Source: Pseudomonadota bacterium
GTDB taxonomy: Bacteria; Bdellovibrionota; Bdellovibrionia; Bdellovibrionales; Bdellovibrionaceae
Direction of reading: 5' to 3'
Assembly (NCBI GenBank): GCA_041178425.1
Contig: JBEGVH010000031.1
Coordinates: 96,001-160,000 of the forward strand
DNA: 64,000 nt
Below are positions 1 to 12,911 of this stretch, piece by piece (within the stretch, counting starts at the first letter, position 1; each line of letters opens with the position of its first letter). The notes under the pieces are model-generated. The model ran no database searches, was not told where the DNA came from, and worked only from the letters and a program-made list of their open reading frames with translations. The position numbers were made by a program, and so were the translations under genes.

Positions 1-77
1 TGGGTTCAAAGGCAACTTCTGCCGATCAGAAGAAGCTCCAGGATGATTTCATCTCCAAGGTTCAGGTGGTCCAGTGA
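1..77 (+). CDS. atpF: ATP synthase F0 subunit b, C-terminal fragment (5' truncated by window)
   Basis: Frame from base 3 reads [24 protein letters not shown]; its TGA overlaps the GTG start of atpH; position immediately before delta. Confidence 0.7.
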   Translation, partial: GSKATSADQKKLQDDFISKVQVVQ

Positions 78-616
78 GTCGAGTATCACAAGTTTCAAAA
101 CGATATGCTAAAGCGCTTTTTGAAGCAGTTTCTAACAAAGAAGCGGTCTTGAATGAATTAAGAGTTTTGGTTAAAGCCTTCGCTCAGGACCCAAGTATTC
201 TTGCGTTCTTCAGCTCTCATGTTGAGAGCGATAGCCTGAAAAAGCAAATAATGACTAAGGCGCTCGAAGGTAAGGGTGTTTCGAATGACCTTAACCAATT
301 CTTAGTTCTATTGGCAGAAAAAGGGCGTGTTAGTCAGCTATCCGACATCCTCAACGCTTTTGAAATGCTCGTTGATGAACAGAATGGCGTTACGAGGGGT
401 ACAGTTCGGTCGGCAGTAAAACTTGATGCCGATGCTAAACAGAAGATCGAAAGCGTCGTGTCCCATTTTGTAAAGAAAAAAGTCATCCTAACCTATTCCG
501 AGGATTCTACTCTCGTTGGGGGAGTTGTTGCTCAAGTAGGCGGATGGACATTTGAAGATACTCTAGATTCACATTTAAGAAGATTAAAAGAAGATTTAAA
601 TAGGAGAGCGAATTGA
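74..616 (+). CDS. atpH: ATP synthase F1 subunit delta
   Basis: KRYAKALF N-terminus, GGVVAQVG C-terminal motif, operon position. Confidence 0.95.
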   Translation: MSRVSQVSKRYAKALFEAVSNKEAVLNELRVLVKAFAQDPSILAFFSSHVESDSLKKQIMTKALEGKGVSNDLNQFLVLLAEKGRVSQLSDILNAFEMLVDEQNGVTRGTVRSAVKLDADAKQKIESVVSHFVKKKVILTYSEDSTLVGGVVAQVGGWTFEDTLDSHLRRLKEDLNRRAN

Positions 617-2139
617 TGATGGAAACTCAGATTCGTGCGGATGAGATTAGTCGCGTATTAAAAGAACAAATTGGTCAATACTCTAAGAGAGTAGAGGTCA
701 GTGAAACTGGAAGCGTACTTTCCGTTGGTGACGGAGTTGCGCGTGTCCATGGACTCGAAGGTGTAATGGCCGGAGAGCTCGTAGAATTCCCAGGCGAAGT
801 TTATGGGATGGTTTTGAACCTTGAAGACGCATCAGTGGGTGCCGTTATTCTTGGTGAAGACCGTGACATTAAAGAAGGTGACCTAGTTAAGAGAACGAAA
901 AAAATCGTTCAGGTACCGGTTGGTGAAGCCCTTCTAGGTCGTGTAGTAAATGGTCTTGGAATGCCTGTTGATGGGCGAGGAGCTTTGAACAATCAGCACT
1001 CTCGTGTTGTTGAAATTAAAGCCCCCGGTATCGTGAAGAGAAAGTCGGTTCATGAGCCGATGCAAACAGGCTATAAGGCCATTGATTCTCTTATCCCAAT
1101 TGGTCGTGGCCAAAGGGAATTAATCATTGGAGATCGTCAAACAGGTAAAACTGCTTTGGCTATCGACACGATTATTAACCAAAAAGGACAGGGTGTTTAC
1201 TGTTTCTACGTCGCTATCGGACAGAAGCAATCGACTGTTGCGAGTGTTGTTGAAAAACTCCGTCAGGCTGGCGCCCTTGAATATACGACAGTCATTGCGG
1301 CAAATGCCTCTGACCCAGCGCCATTGCAATTCTTGGCCGCTTACTCAGGGACAACAATGGCTGAGTACTTTAGAGACACCGGCCGCCACGCTCTTATCAT
1401 TTACGATGATTTAACAAAACAAGCTCAAGCTTACCGTCAGTTATCGCTTCTTTTGAGACGCCCTCCAGGTCGTGAAGCTTATCCAGGAGACGTATTTTAT
1501 CTCCACTCACGTCTTTTAGAGCGTGCAGCGAAACTTTCTGATGAAATGGGTGGGGGTTCACTAACTGCTCTTCCAATCATTGAAACTCAGGCTGGTGACA
1601 TCTCTGCGTACATTCCTACAAACGTTATCTCAATTACCGATGGTCAGATCTTCCTAGAGTCAGACTTGTTCTACAAAGGTATTCGACCAGCTTTAAACGT
1701 TGGTAAATCAGTTTCTCGTGTGGGTGGATCTGCTCAGATCAAAGGGATGAAGCAAGTTGCTGGATCAATAAAACTTGAGTTGGCTCAGTTTAGAGCGCTG
1801 GAGGCGTTTGCTGCATTTGCATCTGACCTAGATAAAGCGTCTCAGCAACAGTTAGCTCGCGGTAGAAGACTCGTTGAGCTTTTGAAGCAGCCACAATATG
1901 CTCCGTTAAGAGTTGAATATCAAATCATAGCGATTTTTGCAGCGACTGGTGGGTATCTTGATGTTATCCCAGAGAAAGATGTACAGCGCTATGAGGGTGA
2001 GTTGATTCAATTCATGGATCAAAAGCACGCCCATATTCCAAAGGCAATTGCCACAGATAAGCAGATTAAAGACGAAACGAAGAAGCTTTTGATTGAAGCT
2101 CTGAAGGAATTTGCAGCTATATTCCAAGTTTCTAAATAG
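616..2139 (+). CDS. atpA: ATP synthase F1 subunit alpha
   Basis: GDRQTGKT Walker [30 protein letters not shown] at 602-606. Confidence 0.99.
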   Translation: MMETQIRADEISRVLKEQIGQYSKRVEVSETGSVLSVGDGVARVHGLEGVMAGELVEFPGEVYGMVLNLEDASVGAVILGEDRDIKEGDLVKRTKKIVQVPVGEALLGRVVNGLGMPVDGRGALNNQHSRVVEIKAPGIVKRKSVHEPMQTGYKAIDSLIPIGRGQRELIIGDRQTGKTALAIDTIINQKGQGVYCFYVAIGQKQSTVASVVEKLRQAGALEYTTVIAANASDPAPLQFLAAYSGTTMAEYFRDTGRHALIIYDDLTKQAQAYRQLSLLLRRPPGREAYPGDVFYLHSRLLERAAKLSDEMGGGSLTALPIIETQAGDISAYIPTNVISITDGQIFLESDLFYKGIRPALNVGKSVSRVGGSAQIKGMKQVAGSIKLELAQFRALEAFAAFASDLDKASQQQLARGRRLVELLKQPQYAPLRVEYQIIAIFAATGGYLDVIPEKDVQRYEGELIQFMDQKHAHIPKAIATDKQIKDETKKLLIEALKEFAAIFQVSK

Positions 2140-2151
2140 TGAGAGCATGCC

Positions 2152-3033
2152 ATGGCTAGTTTAAAGGACATACGTGCTCGAATTGAGAGTACAAAGAACA
2201 CCCAGCAGATTACCAAGGCGATGAAAATGGTCTCGGCAGCAAAATTGCGCCGAGCCCAGAATAATATCGTCAACATGAGGCCTTATGCGAAGACCCTCAT
2301 CAAGGTTATTGCTGATATCGCTGTGACTCAAAGAATTGACCACCCACTTTTAACTCCGAGATCGGAGCCTAAAAAGATTTTGGTTGTTGTTTTGAGCAGT
2401 GACAGGGGTCTTTGTGCTGGATTTAACGCGAATATAAACAAATTTGTCGACCTATTCTATAAAGCGAATGTTGGAAAATTTGAAAAGCTTGATTTCTTGT
2501 TCATAGGTAAAAAGTCAGCAGAGTTTTTCCAACGCCGCAAACTTTCAACTATTGAAGTGATCACAAAGCTCGACAGGGAAATCTCGAGTACATTGGCGGG
2601 AAAAGTAGCTCACGGTCTCATGGATCATTATCTTAAGGGAAACTACGATGAAATTCGAGTAGTGTATAACGAATTTCGCTCAGCTATTTCTCAGGTTGTT
2701 GTGTGTGAGACGCTTTTACCAGTGGATCTTAGCAAACAAACTTTTGATAAACAGCAAGGTCCAGTGGGATTCGCGGTTGATATGATTTTTGAACCATCCC
2801 CTGAGTTAATAATTGAAGATCTTTTGAAAAAGCATTTTTCAATTCAAGTTTATCGTTGCATGTCTGAGAGCGTAGCAGCCGAACACGGTGCCCGTATGTC
2901 AGCAATGGAAAGTGCAACTAATAACGCTAAGGCGATGATTAACTCATTAACACTGACTTACAATAAGTTGCGACAAGAGAAGATCACAACAGAACTTATT
3001 GAGATCACGACCGGCGCGGAAGCTTTAAAGTGA
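2152..3033 (+). CDS. atpG: ATP synthase F1 subunit gamma
   Basis: QITKAMKMVSAAKL, SDRGLCAGFN, RQEKITTELIEI. Confidence 0.99.
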   Translation: MASLKDIRARIESTKNTQQITKAMKMVSAAKLRRAQNNIVNMRPYAKTLIKVIADIAVTQRIDHPLLTPRSEPKKILVVVLSSDRGLCAGFNANINKFVDLFYKANVGKFEKLDFLFIGKKSAEFFQRRKLSTIEVITKLDREISSTLAGKVAHGLMDHYLKGNYDEIRVVYNEFRSAISQVVVCETLLPVDLSKQTFDKQQGPVGFAVDMIFEPSPELIIEDLLKKHFSIQVYRCMSESVAAEHGARMSAMESATNNAKAMINSLTLTYNKLRQEKITTELIEITTGAEALK

Positions 3034-3041
3034 GGATTTAG

Positions 3042-4864
<1,823 letters not shown>

Positions 4865-4913
4865 TCGTGGTTGTTGCCTGACTCGTTCGATACATTAAAT
4901 TGAAAATATTTAT

Positions 4914-4946
4914 AGACCCTTTTGTTCAGCAAAAGGGTCTTTTTTT
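4914..4946. terminator. Intrinsic terminator between convergent atpC and mfd
   Basis: AGACCCTTTTG-ttcag-CAAAAGGGTCT followed by a T-run. Confidence 0.85.
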
Positions 4947-4950
4947 ATTC

Positions 4951-7900
4951 TTAGATGAGCTTCTCAAGGGACTCTAGTTCCTCAAAAATCCTCTGCATAG
5001 AGATTTGATTCATACGAATAGTGAGCCTAGAGTCAGGGGAAATAGAGTATTTTTTGTTTTCGCGCATAGCGAGCTGAATAACCACCTCTGTTCGCAGCGG
5101 CGTGCGGTCAGAAAAAATGAGTGAGAGTGTTTTTAGCCCCGTGGTTAGATCGCGGATTCCGAGCTGCTTGCATTTCAAGCGCAACAACATGAGGCCCATG
5201 AGGTTCAATACTGGTTCGGGCAGGGCGCCAAATTGGTCTTTTAGGTCATCTTCGAGGTCGGCAAGGTCGTCTTGTGATTGAATATTCGCTAGGGCCTTGT
5301 AGTACGAAAGCCGCAATCGAATGTCTTGTATGTAGGTGTCTGGGATGAGTGCGGGAATACGAAGGTTAATCTCAGGTTCGAGCTCAAGGTCTGGCGGTGT
5401 TTCCCCCTTGGCTTCAGCTAAAGTTTCACTCAGTAGATCCATGTATAACTCATATCCAACCAGGTCGACAGTTCCGGATTGCTCTTCGCCCAAAATATTG
5501 CCAGCCCCTCTCAACTCGAGATCATGCTGAGCCACAACCATTCCACTGCCAAGCGCCGTGTTTTCTTGAATTACGCGCAGTCGTTCCTGTGCTTCTTTGT
5601 CAATATTCTTACCCTTCGGAATTAAAAGGTAGCAGTAAGCTCTTTGTTTAGAGCGGCCAACGCGTCCACGAAGCTGATAGAGTTGAGACAAACCAAGCTG
5701 ATGGGCATTATCAACAAAAATGGTATTAGCTCTGGGAACGTCAACGCCGGATTCAACAATTGTCGTGCACACAAGAACATCGATTTCATGACTGAAGAAC
5801 GAAACCATGGTTTGTTCGAGTTCTTCTTCATTCATTTGGCCGTGAGCTACTTTAATTCGGATATCTGGTAAAAATGCCCTTAACTCATCGGCTATACCAT
5901 AGATGCTCTGAACACGATTATGGATGAAGTAAACTTGTCCACCACGTGAAACTTCGGCGGTGATGGCCTTGCGAATAGTTTCTTGATCGAATTTACAGGT
6001 GTAAGTTCTTGTGGGAAGCCGATCGACAGGTGGGGTGTTAATAAAGCTAAGATCCCTAATGCCCACCAAACTCATATTCAGCGTACGAGGAATTGGAGTA
6101 GCAGACAGGGTTAACGTGTCGATAGCAACGCGCATCTTTCGTATACGCTCCTTGTGTGTGACTCCAAACTTTTGTTCTTCATCAACAATCAACAGCCCCA
6201 AGTTTTTGAACAGTACATCTTTTGATAGAATGCGGTGAGTACCAATCAAAATATCGACTCGACCTTCTTTGGCATCGATCAAAGTTTTTTTTGCATCGGC
6301 GGGAGAGACAAAGCGATTGAGTTCGCGAATTTCGATGGGCCACCCTTTGAAACGCTTTTTGAAGGTTTCAAAATGCTGAAAACTCAAAACCGTCGTGGGG
6401 GCAAGAATAGCGACTTGGCGCCGGTCTTGAACTGCCTTGAACGCAGCCCTCATTGCAACCTCAGTCTTTCCGAATCCGACATCGCCACAGATGAGGCGGT
6501 CCATAGGACGAGGGGATGTGAGATCACTAACGACATCCGAAATAGCACGAAGCTGATCGTCCGTTTCATCATAAGGAAAGCCAGCTTCAAAGGCCGCAAA
6601 GTCTTTATCGGGCGCAGAGAAACTAGGGCGTTGCATTTGAGATCTTTGAGCATAAAGTTGCAGGAGTTCGTTGGCGATGTCGCGAAGATGCGCCTTCACT
6701 TTGACTTTGGCTTTTTCCCAACTTGTTCCACCAAGCTTATCTACCGAAACTGTTGCTAGGCCGCTCGAATATTTTTGTAATTGGGCAATTCTATAAACCG
6801 GCAAATACAACTTATCTTTGTCTTTGTAGGCTATTTGAATGAACTCCGCATCGATGCCATTGACTGGCATCACCTTGAGGCCCTCATATTTTCCCACACC
6901 ATGTTTTATATGAACAACATAGTCTCCTGGATTCAGATCGCCAAAACTCAGCCGCTCTATTTGCTTCTGGATTTCTTTTTGGGCTTGCGATTTTTTGAGA
7001 CGAGATTTGGAGCCAAAAAAATCGTCATCCCGTAAAAAGATAGTTTTTTCAGTCGTCCATCGAAGGCTCTGATCAAGGTAGGCAGGAAGAATGTGAATGA
7101 GACGTTCATCTCGTTTTTGCAGGAGTGACCAGTCTTCTAATAAGAATTCATCATCGGCAGTGACAACAGCACGAAAATCGGCACGCTCAAGCAAATGCTT
7201 AAGGCGATCACTTTGCTGATGGTTGCGTCCGAAAATAAAAATCGTATAGTCATCTTTTTTCCAAAGCTTTAATCGGGCCTCAATCGTTTTTAGCCAGGTC
7301 TCAGATCCAGCGGTGTGACCCTGAATTTGAGAAGCGAACTCGCTTGGCACCAACGCTTGATAATCGATAGATTCAAACTCATCGGTCTCGTCATTATCAT
7401 TAAGAACGATTCGGTTAAGGCGTATTTTTCGACTTTCAATTGGAATTTGAAGTTGCTCAAGAGAGTCAAATAGATCACTCCAAAGTGGTCGGATGGTCAG
7501 TCCGTCAGAATTTGCATATCCCTGCTTAGCCTCTTCAACAAACAAGTCACTCGTTCGATTGATCTCGATGTAATCAAGATACCAAACGTTGAGTGCACTT
7601 GAAAAATGCTCCAACGGCGAGACGCAGGTCTCATAAAAAAATGGCAACATAAAGTCGATACCAGAAAAATACTGTTCTCGAGCAAGACTCCTCAGTGTTT
7701 CATCAAGGTCTTCTTTCTGAACTGGCCGACCCTGCACCGATGATCGAAATTTGGCGAGAACGCCTTCGATGGTCTCCTGATGAAAGAGAACTTCATGGGA
7801 GGGAATAATATATGCTTCATTTAAAACTTTTAGCGTTCTCTGGGTTTCTGAGGAGAACAATCGAATAGACTCAATAAGATCACCAAAAAGTTCTATTCGC

Positions 7901-8475
7901 AGTGGATGACCATGGGCAGGAGAAAAAATATCGACGATGCCACCCCTAAGGGCGAACTGGCCAGGATCTTCAACAAGAGGACTCGATTGGTAGCCTAGGG
8001 CTGCTAGTTGCTTTGCAATTTGAGGGTCAAGTTCTTCTCCCTGCACTAATTTGAAGGAGTTTTTTTTGAGTTCGTTGAACGGAAGAGTCTTCTGCTGAAG
8101 AGCTTGGACGGGTGCGACAAAAATATCGCCCGGTTTTGCATCGGCTGCGGCATGAAGCCATCCCAGTCGATGTTTAGTCACAAACTCATTGGGAATGAGT
8201 GTTGAATACGGTGAAACATCATAAAAGGGCAGAATATGCACTGCCTTTGGGCAATGAAAAACTCCTAATTGACGCTTGATGGATTCTGCTTCCTCTAAAC
8301 TAGAGGTTACAATGAGGTGTGGTAAATCATTGATTTGTTTTGAATAAGTTTGAGCTAATAAAAAAACAAGAGCCAAAGAGGAGTGCGCACCCACCAACTC
8401 GATATTTTTTTTGGTGAGAGTGAATTGTCGCTCAAGAATAGTTTCTAGATGTGGATGCAAATAACCGATTTTCAT
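4951..8475 (-). CDS. mfd: Transcription-repair coupling factor
   Basis: CGDVGFGKTEVA, DEEQKFGV, QLYQLRGRVGRS, TRCF C-terminus; start chosen at ATG 8475 (ORF extends to 8517). Confidence 0.97.
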   Translation of the reverse strand: MKIGYLHPHLETILERQFTLTKKNIELVGAHSSLALVFLLAQTYSKQINDLPHLIVTSSLEEAESIKRQLGVFHCPKAVHILPFYDVSPYSTLIPNEFVTKHRLGWLHAAADAKPGDIFVAPVQALQQKTLPFNELKKNSFKLVQGEELDPQIAKQLAALGYQSSPLVEDPGQFALRGGIVDIFSPAHGHPLRIELFGDLIESIRLFSSETQRTLKVLNEAYIIPSHEVLFHQETIEGVLAKFRSSVQGRPVQKEDLDETLRSLAREQYFSGIDFMLPFFYETCVSPLEHFSSALNVWYLDYIEINRTSDLFVEEAKQGYANSDGLTIRPLWSDLFDSLEQLQIPIESRKIRLNRIVLNDNDETDEFESIDYQALVPSEFASQIQGHTAGSETWLKTIEARLKLWKKDDYTIFIFGRNHQQSDRLKHLLERADFRAVVTADDEFLLEDWSLLQKRDERLIHILPAYLDQSLRWTTEKTIFLRDDDFFGSKSRLKKSQAQKEIQKQIERLSFGDLNPGDYVVHIKHGVGKYEGLKVMPVNGIDAEFIQIAYKDKDKLYLPVYRIAQLQKYSSGLATVSVDKLGGTSWEKAKVKVKAHLRDIANELLQLYAQRSQMQRPSFSAPDKDFAAFEAGFPYDETDDQLRAISDVVSDLTSPRPMDRLICGDVGFGKTEVAMRAAFKAVQDRRQVAILAPTTVLSFQHFETFKKRFKGWPIEIRELNRFVSPADAKKTLIDAKEGRVDILIGTHRILSKDVLFKNLGLLIVDEEQKFGVTHKERIRKMRVAIDTLTLSATPIPRTLNMSLVGIRDLSFINTPPVDRLPTRTYTCKFDQETIRKAITAEVSRGGQVYFIHNRVQSIYGIADELRAFLPDIRIKVAHGQMNEEELEQTMVSFFSHEIDVLVCTTIVESGVDVPRANTIFVDNAHQLGLSQLYQLRGRVGRSKQRAYCYLLIPKGKNIDKEAQERLRVIQENTALGSGMVVAQHDLELRGAGNILGEEQSGTVDLVGYELYMDLLSETLAEAKGETPPDLELEPEINLRIPALIPDTYIQDIRLRLSYYKALANIQSQDDLADLEDDLKDQFGALPEPVLNLMGLMLLRLKCKQLGIRDLTTGLKTLSLIFSDRTPLRTEVVIQLAMRENKKYSISPDSRLTIRMNQISMQRIFEELESLEKLI

Positions 8476-8586
8476 ATGCGGAGCGATCATGCCACGGATC
8501 TCGGATGTTCGGAACATTATTCTTGGAATTTGAGCTAAACCCAGTTTATAAATAGATGATTTTCCGAAAAAATAAAGGAGTGTTTT

Positions 8587-8958
8587 GTGCCTCTAGGTGG
8601 AGTCATCTTTCTATTTATATTCATCACTTTGTTCGGAGCTTTGCTCCTTTTTCTCGCCAATAGAATTGGCCGTCGCATAAAAAAAACGAGTGCCGTGAAG
8701 CTGGCTCCCTACGAGTGTGGTATTCCCGGCATAGACAAAAAGGACACAAAAATATCCGTGAAGTTCTACCTGACCGCGATTCTCTTTATTCTTTTTGATA
8801 TTGAGATCATATTTATGTATCCATGGGCGCTCACATTTAAGGATTTCGCGGCGCAATCAGCAGGATTGTATTCGTTGCTTGCCATGGGCATTTTCCTTCT
8901 AGTGTTCATTTTCGGTCTCTTTTGGGAAGTTAAGTCTAAAGCTTTGGAGTGGGAATAA
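8587..8958 (+). CDS. nuoA: NADH-quinone oxidoreductase subunit A
   Basis: PYECG, FYLTAILFILFDIE, KALEWE. Confidence 0.95.
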   Translation: MPLGGVIFLFIFITLFGALLLFLANRIGRRIKKTSAVKLAPYECGIPGIDKKDTKISVKFYLTAILFILFDIEIIFMYPWALTFKDFAAQSAGLYSLLAMGIFLLVFIFGLFWEVKSKALEWE

Positions 8959-10109
8959 TGGGAACAGATGCATTAGAAATAGCAATAAATTGTATTAAGC
9001 TCGTTCTCATCTTTTTAATGATGGTTCAAGCTGTTCCAATCCTTGTGTGGGTGGAGCGCCGAGGTTCAGCGTTTATTCAAAATCGATTGGGTCCCAATCG
9101 AGTAGGCCCTTTGGGCTTACTCCAGCTTCTGGCGGACGCGGTTAAATTTTTAACCAAAGAAGAGTTTGTTCCGGGTAAGGGTATTCCTCTCCTTTACTAT
9201 TTGGCACCCGTTGTAGCGCTAATTCCGGGCGCGGTTGCCTTTTGTGCAATTCCCCTTTCAACTCCACTGGCTATTGAAGCGTTTGAGCTTTTTGGTCAGA
9301 AATGGGGTCCATACACAATTCTTTTCCAGGGATACGAAATTGGAGTGGGAATTGTTTTCGTTTTGGGAATCTCATCGCTGGCAACATACTCTATTCTAAT
9401 GGCCGGCTGGGGCTCTGGAAATAAGTACTCTTTGCTCGGTGCTCTACGAGCGAGCGCGCAGATTATCAGTTATGAGCTCGCCTTAGGATTATCGATTGTG
9501 GGCGTCTTGCTGTTAAATGGCAGTTTCAACTTTACTGAAATCATTCGCGCCCAAGAGGGCCCCCTGATGTTTCAGTTTTTAGGACACACAATTTCAACAT
9601 CTCTTGTTCCCAACTGGGGAATTTTTTATCAGCCCATTGGAGCCTTGATATTTTTTACTGCTTGTTTTGCCGAAAGCAATCGTCTTCCATTTGATTTGGC
9701 TGAGGGAGAGGCAGAGCTCGTGGCTGGTTTTCACGTTGAGTACGGCGGTTTCAAAATGCTTCTGTTCTTTATCGGTGAATATGGCCACATGATGGTTGGT
9801 TCAGCGATGTTTATTGCGCTCTTTTTGGGAGGATACAATATCCCTTGGATTACTCCACAGATGGTGCAGGAGCACTTCGTTGGACACGGATTTGGACCTT
9901 CGGGAGTCAGTGTAATGACTGCGCTTACTTTTTTTGTTTCCTTCATGATTAAGCTCGCATTGCTCTTGTGGATTTTTATCTGGGTTCGCTGGACCTTGCC
10001 GCGTTTTAGATATGATCAATTAATGGATCTCGGTTGGAAAACGATGCTGCCATGGGCGCTTGCCAATACGATTATTACAGCCATTGTTTTACAGATTGCA
10101 CATTCTTAA
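8958..10109 (+). CDS. nuoH: NADH-quinone oxidoreductase subunit H
   Basis: QNRLGPNRVGP, NRLPFDLAEGEAEL, PRFRYDQLM; ATG overlaps the nuoA stop (TAATG). Confidence 0.97.
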   Translation: MGTDALEIAINCIKLVLIFLMMVQAVPILVWVERRGSAFIQNRLGPNRVGPLGLLQLLADAVKFLTKEEFVPGKGIPLLYYLAPVVALIPGAVAFCAIPLSTPLAIEAFELFGQKWGPYTILFQGYEIGVGIVFVLGISSLATYSILMAGWGSGNKYSLLGALRASAQIISYELALGLSIVGVLLLNGSFNFTEIIRAQEGPLMFQFLGHTISTSLVPNWGIFYQPIGALIFFTACFAESNRLPFDLAEGEAELVAGFHVEYGGFKMLLFFIGEYGHMMVGSAMFIALFLGGYNIPWITPQMVQEHFVGHGFGPSGVSVMTALTFFVSFMIKLALLLWIFIWVRWTLPRFRYDQLMDLGWKTMLPWALANTIITAIVLQIAHS

Positions 10110-10121
10110 AGGAGCTTTTCA

Positions 10122-10658
10122 GTGACTGCTGACGCATTACTTTTTTGGTTTTTAGCTCTCGTAACAATAATTTCTGCTTTGGGAGTCGTGGTGCTTGCGA
10201 ACCCGGTGTTTTCGGCTCTTAGCCTGGTCATGACAATGGTCACGATTGCGGCCCTCTTTGCCACCCTGAAGGCATTTTTTCTTGCTGGAGTTCAACTCAT
10301 TGTGTACGCCGGGGCCGTTATGGTCCTCTTCGTGATGGTATTGATGCTGTTTGACTTACATAAAGAGAAGAAAGCATTTACCGAGGGTGCGTTTTCAGGA
10401 GGACTTAAGTTACTTCTTGGGGGCATGCTCGCGGGTTTGATGGTTGGGGCAGTCTCAATGTCGACAGACCTTTTTAAGTCAGTACCAGAATCGGCAATTA
10501 CTAATAATGTCACTGGCATTGAATCAACGAAGGTTTTAGGCAATCTTCTGATCACTCAATATATTTTTGGATTCGAAATCTTAGGCGTGCTCCTTCTTGT
10601 CATTGCAGTGGGTGCGGTCGCCTTAGCTAGAAGTAAAGGCGGAACACATGGCGCATGA
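10122..10658 (+). CDS. nuoJ: NADH-quinone oxidoreductase subunit J
   Basis: [28 protein letters not shown]. Confidence 0.95.
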   Translation: MTADALLFWFLALVTIISALGVVVLANPVFSALSLVMTMVTIAALFATLKAFFLAGVQLIVYAGAVMVLFVMVLMLFDLHKEKKAFTEGAFSGGLKLLLGGMLAGLMVGAVSMSTDLFKSVPESAITNNVTGIESTKVLGNLLITQYIFGFEILGVLLLVIAVGAVALARSKGGTHGA

Positions 10659-10971
10659 GTCTTTTTTAGAGCCAAGTCTTATTCATTATCTTATTTTATC
10701 AGCGATCATTTTCTCTTTAGGGATGCTAGGAGTTCTTCTTCGCAAAAATACAATTGTGATTTTAATGTGCATCGAGCTTATGTTGAATGCGGTGAATCTC
10801 ACCTTTGTGGCATTTAGCAAGTATTCAGGCAATATCAACGGTCAAATCATGGTGTTTTTCGTTATGACGATTGCAGCCGCTGAAGCCGCGGTAGGTTTGG
10901 CGATTGCGGTTTCTATCTTTAAGCGATTTAAAGAAATTAACATCCGATTTTTTGAAAATTTGAAGGGTTAA
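10648..10971 (+). CDS. nuoK: NADH-quinone oxidoreductase subunit K
   Basis: [20 protein letters not shown]. Confidence 0.96.
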   Translation: MAHESFLEPSLIHYLILSAIIFSLGMLGVLLRKNTIVILMCIELMLNAVNLTFVAFSKYSGNINGQIMVFFVMTIAAAEAAVGLAIAVSIFKRFKEINIRFFENLKG

Positions 10972-10973
10972 TT

Positions 10974-12908
10974 ATGAACGAACAAATTTTGATTGCAGTG
11001 CTTTTATTGGCCCCTCTCGTCGGTTTTCTAATTAATGGTTTTCGAGTTCGGCATCATAATAATGTGGTGGCTGGCTCCATCGCAACGATTGCGGTGGCAA
11101 CGAGTTTTATTTGTTCCCTCATTCTTTTTATAAAGCTTTTAGACATGCCGCCCGAATCTCGTCGGATAACTGTTAACTTTTTTAATTGGTTATCGGTTGG
11201 AAACTTTAAGGCAGACTTTTCTTTTGTCGTCGATCAGATTAGCGGAATTATGATTCTCATTATAACGGGGGTCGGATCATTGATCCATCTCTTCAGCATT
11301 GAGTACATGCACCACGACAAGGGTGTCGCTAAGTACTTTGCGTACCTAAATCTATTTGTTTTCAATATGTTGTTGCTTGTTTTGGGTGCCAACCTACTTG
11401 TTATGTTTACGGGCTGGGAAGGAGTTGGCCTATGCTCTTATCTCTTAATTGGCTTTTGGTTTAGTGACGAGGCCAAGGCTTCTGCCGGAATGAAAGCATT
11501 TGTGACCAATAGAATTGGTGATGCTGCTTTTATTCTTGGGATGTTTATTCTCTTCATGAATTTTAACACCATTGATTTTGCGGTTCTCAATAGCTTAGCG
11601 CCAACCACTCCGACAACCGACTGGTTAAATCCGCTAACTGTGGCTTGTTTGTTACTTTTTATTGGAGCTACTGGAAAGTCTGCTCAGATTCCACTTTATG
11701 TGTGGCTTCCAGATGCCATGGCTGGCCCTACGCCAGTGTCTGCACTCATCCACGCAGCAACCATGGTGACAGCGGGTGTTTACATGATCGTTCGCTTGAA
11801 CCCCATTTTTATGGCAGCACCTAATGCCTTAATGGTGGTAGCTATTGTTGGTGCGGCGACAGCCGTTGTTGCCGCCTCTATTGGTGTTGTGCAAAACGAT
11901 ATTAAAAAAGTCTTGGCCTATTCGACGGTTTCTCAGTTGGGATATATGTTCTTAGGAGTGGGTGTTGGTGCGTTTGGTGCGGCGATGTTTCACCTTATGA
12001 CACATGCGTTTTTTAAAGCGCTTATGTTTCTAGGCTCTGGAAGCGTCATTCATGCCATGCACGAAGAGCAAGACATCCAAAAAATGGGTGGACTAAGAAA
12101 GTATATGCCGGTGACCCACATTACGTTCGTGATGGGTTGGCTAGCTATTCTTGGTATTCCTGGATTCTCCGGATTCTTTTCTAAAGATGAAATTTTGTGG
12201 ATGGCATTTCATTCACCGATGGGTCACCCTGGCTTATGGGTGGCAGGAGTCGTCGGTGCTGTGATGACCTCTTTTTATATGACTCGTTTAATGGCTCTTA
12301 CTTTTTGGGGCGAGTCTCGAGTTTCAAAAGACGTTCATCCTCACGAATCTCCACTTTTAATGACACTACCATTGGTTGTTTTAGCGGTACTCGCTGTTGT
12401 CGGTGGATGGGTTGGAATTCCACATGTATTGGCGACTTTTATACCTGGACATCCTGAGAACTATTGGGAGCATTGGCTTCATCCGATGATGTCGGCCATT
12501 CCAAACTTGGCTCATGGTGATCCGCAAACAGAGCTCACTTTAATGGGAGTTTCCGTTGGCTTAATACTTTTGTCGGCGACACTTGCGTTTCTTTTCTATG
12601 CGAAAAATTCGTCAGTACCCTCTGCCACAGCAAGACTTTTGGGGCCTATCCATCGCCTATTAGTAGACAAGTACCGAATTGATGAGCTCTATGAGGCTAC
12701 GATCATTCGCCCTCTGGTTTGGCTCAGCGAAAACTTATGGCTTCATGTGGATGTAGCGTTTATTGATCGATGCACACATTGGGCTGCAGATGTTGTTAAA
12801 GGAGCTGGAAATATGGCTCGAACGATTCAAAATGGAAACCTTCAGCAATATGCAATGTATATGGCGCTTGGTTTAGTGGCTTTTCTTTCTTTTGTATTGA
12901 TGAGGTAA
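10974..12908 (+). CDS. nuoL: NADH-quinone oxidoreductase subunit L
   Basis: GWEGVGLCSYLLIGFW, WLPDAMAGPTPVSALIHAATMV. Confidence 0.97.
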   Translation: MNEQILIAVLLLAPLVGFLINGFRVRHHNNVVAGSIATIAVATSFICSLILFIKLLDMPPESRRITVNFFNWLSVGNFKADFSFVVDQISGIMILIITGVGSLIHLFSIEYMHHDKGVAKYFAYLNLFVFNMLLLVLGANLLVMFTGWEGVGLCSYLLIGFWFSDEAKASAGMKAFVTNRIGDAAFILGMFILFMNFNTIDFAVLNSLAPTTPTTDWLNPLTVACLLLFIGATGKSAQIPLYVWLPDAMAGPTPVSALIHAATMVTAGVYMIVRLNPIFMAAPNALMVVAIVGAATAVVAASIGVVQNDIKKVLAYSTVSQLGYMFLGVGVGAFGAAMFHLMTHAFFKALMFLGSGSVIHAMHEEQDIQKMGGLRKYMPVTHITFVMGWLAILGIPGFSGFFSKDEILWMAFHSPMGHPGLWVAGVVGAVMTSFYMTRLMALTFWGESRVSKDVHPHESPLLMTLPLVVLAVLAVVGGWVGIPHVLATFIPGHPENYWEHWLHPMMSAIPNLAHGDPQTELTLMGVSVGLILLSATLAFLFYAKNSSVPSATARLLGPIHRLLVDKYRIDELYEATIIRPLVWLSENLWLHVDVAFIDRCTHWAADVVKGAGNMARTIQNGNLQQYAMYMALGLVAFLSFVLMR

Positions 12909-12911
12909 AGA

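Noticed and set aside
5943..5952. CACGTGAAAC partial parS-like match
   Set aside because: Only part of TGTTTCACGTGAAACA matches and it lies inside mfd coding sequence
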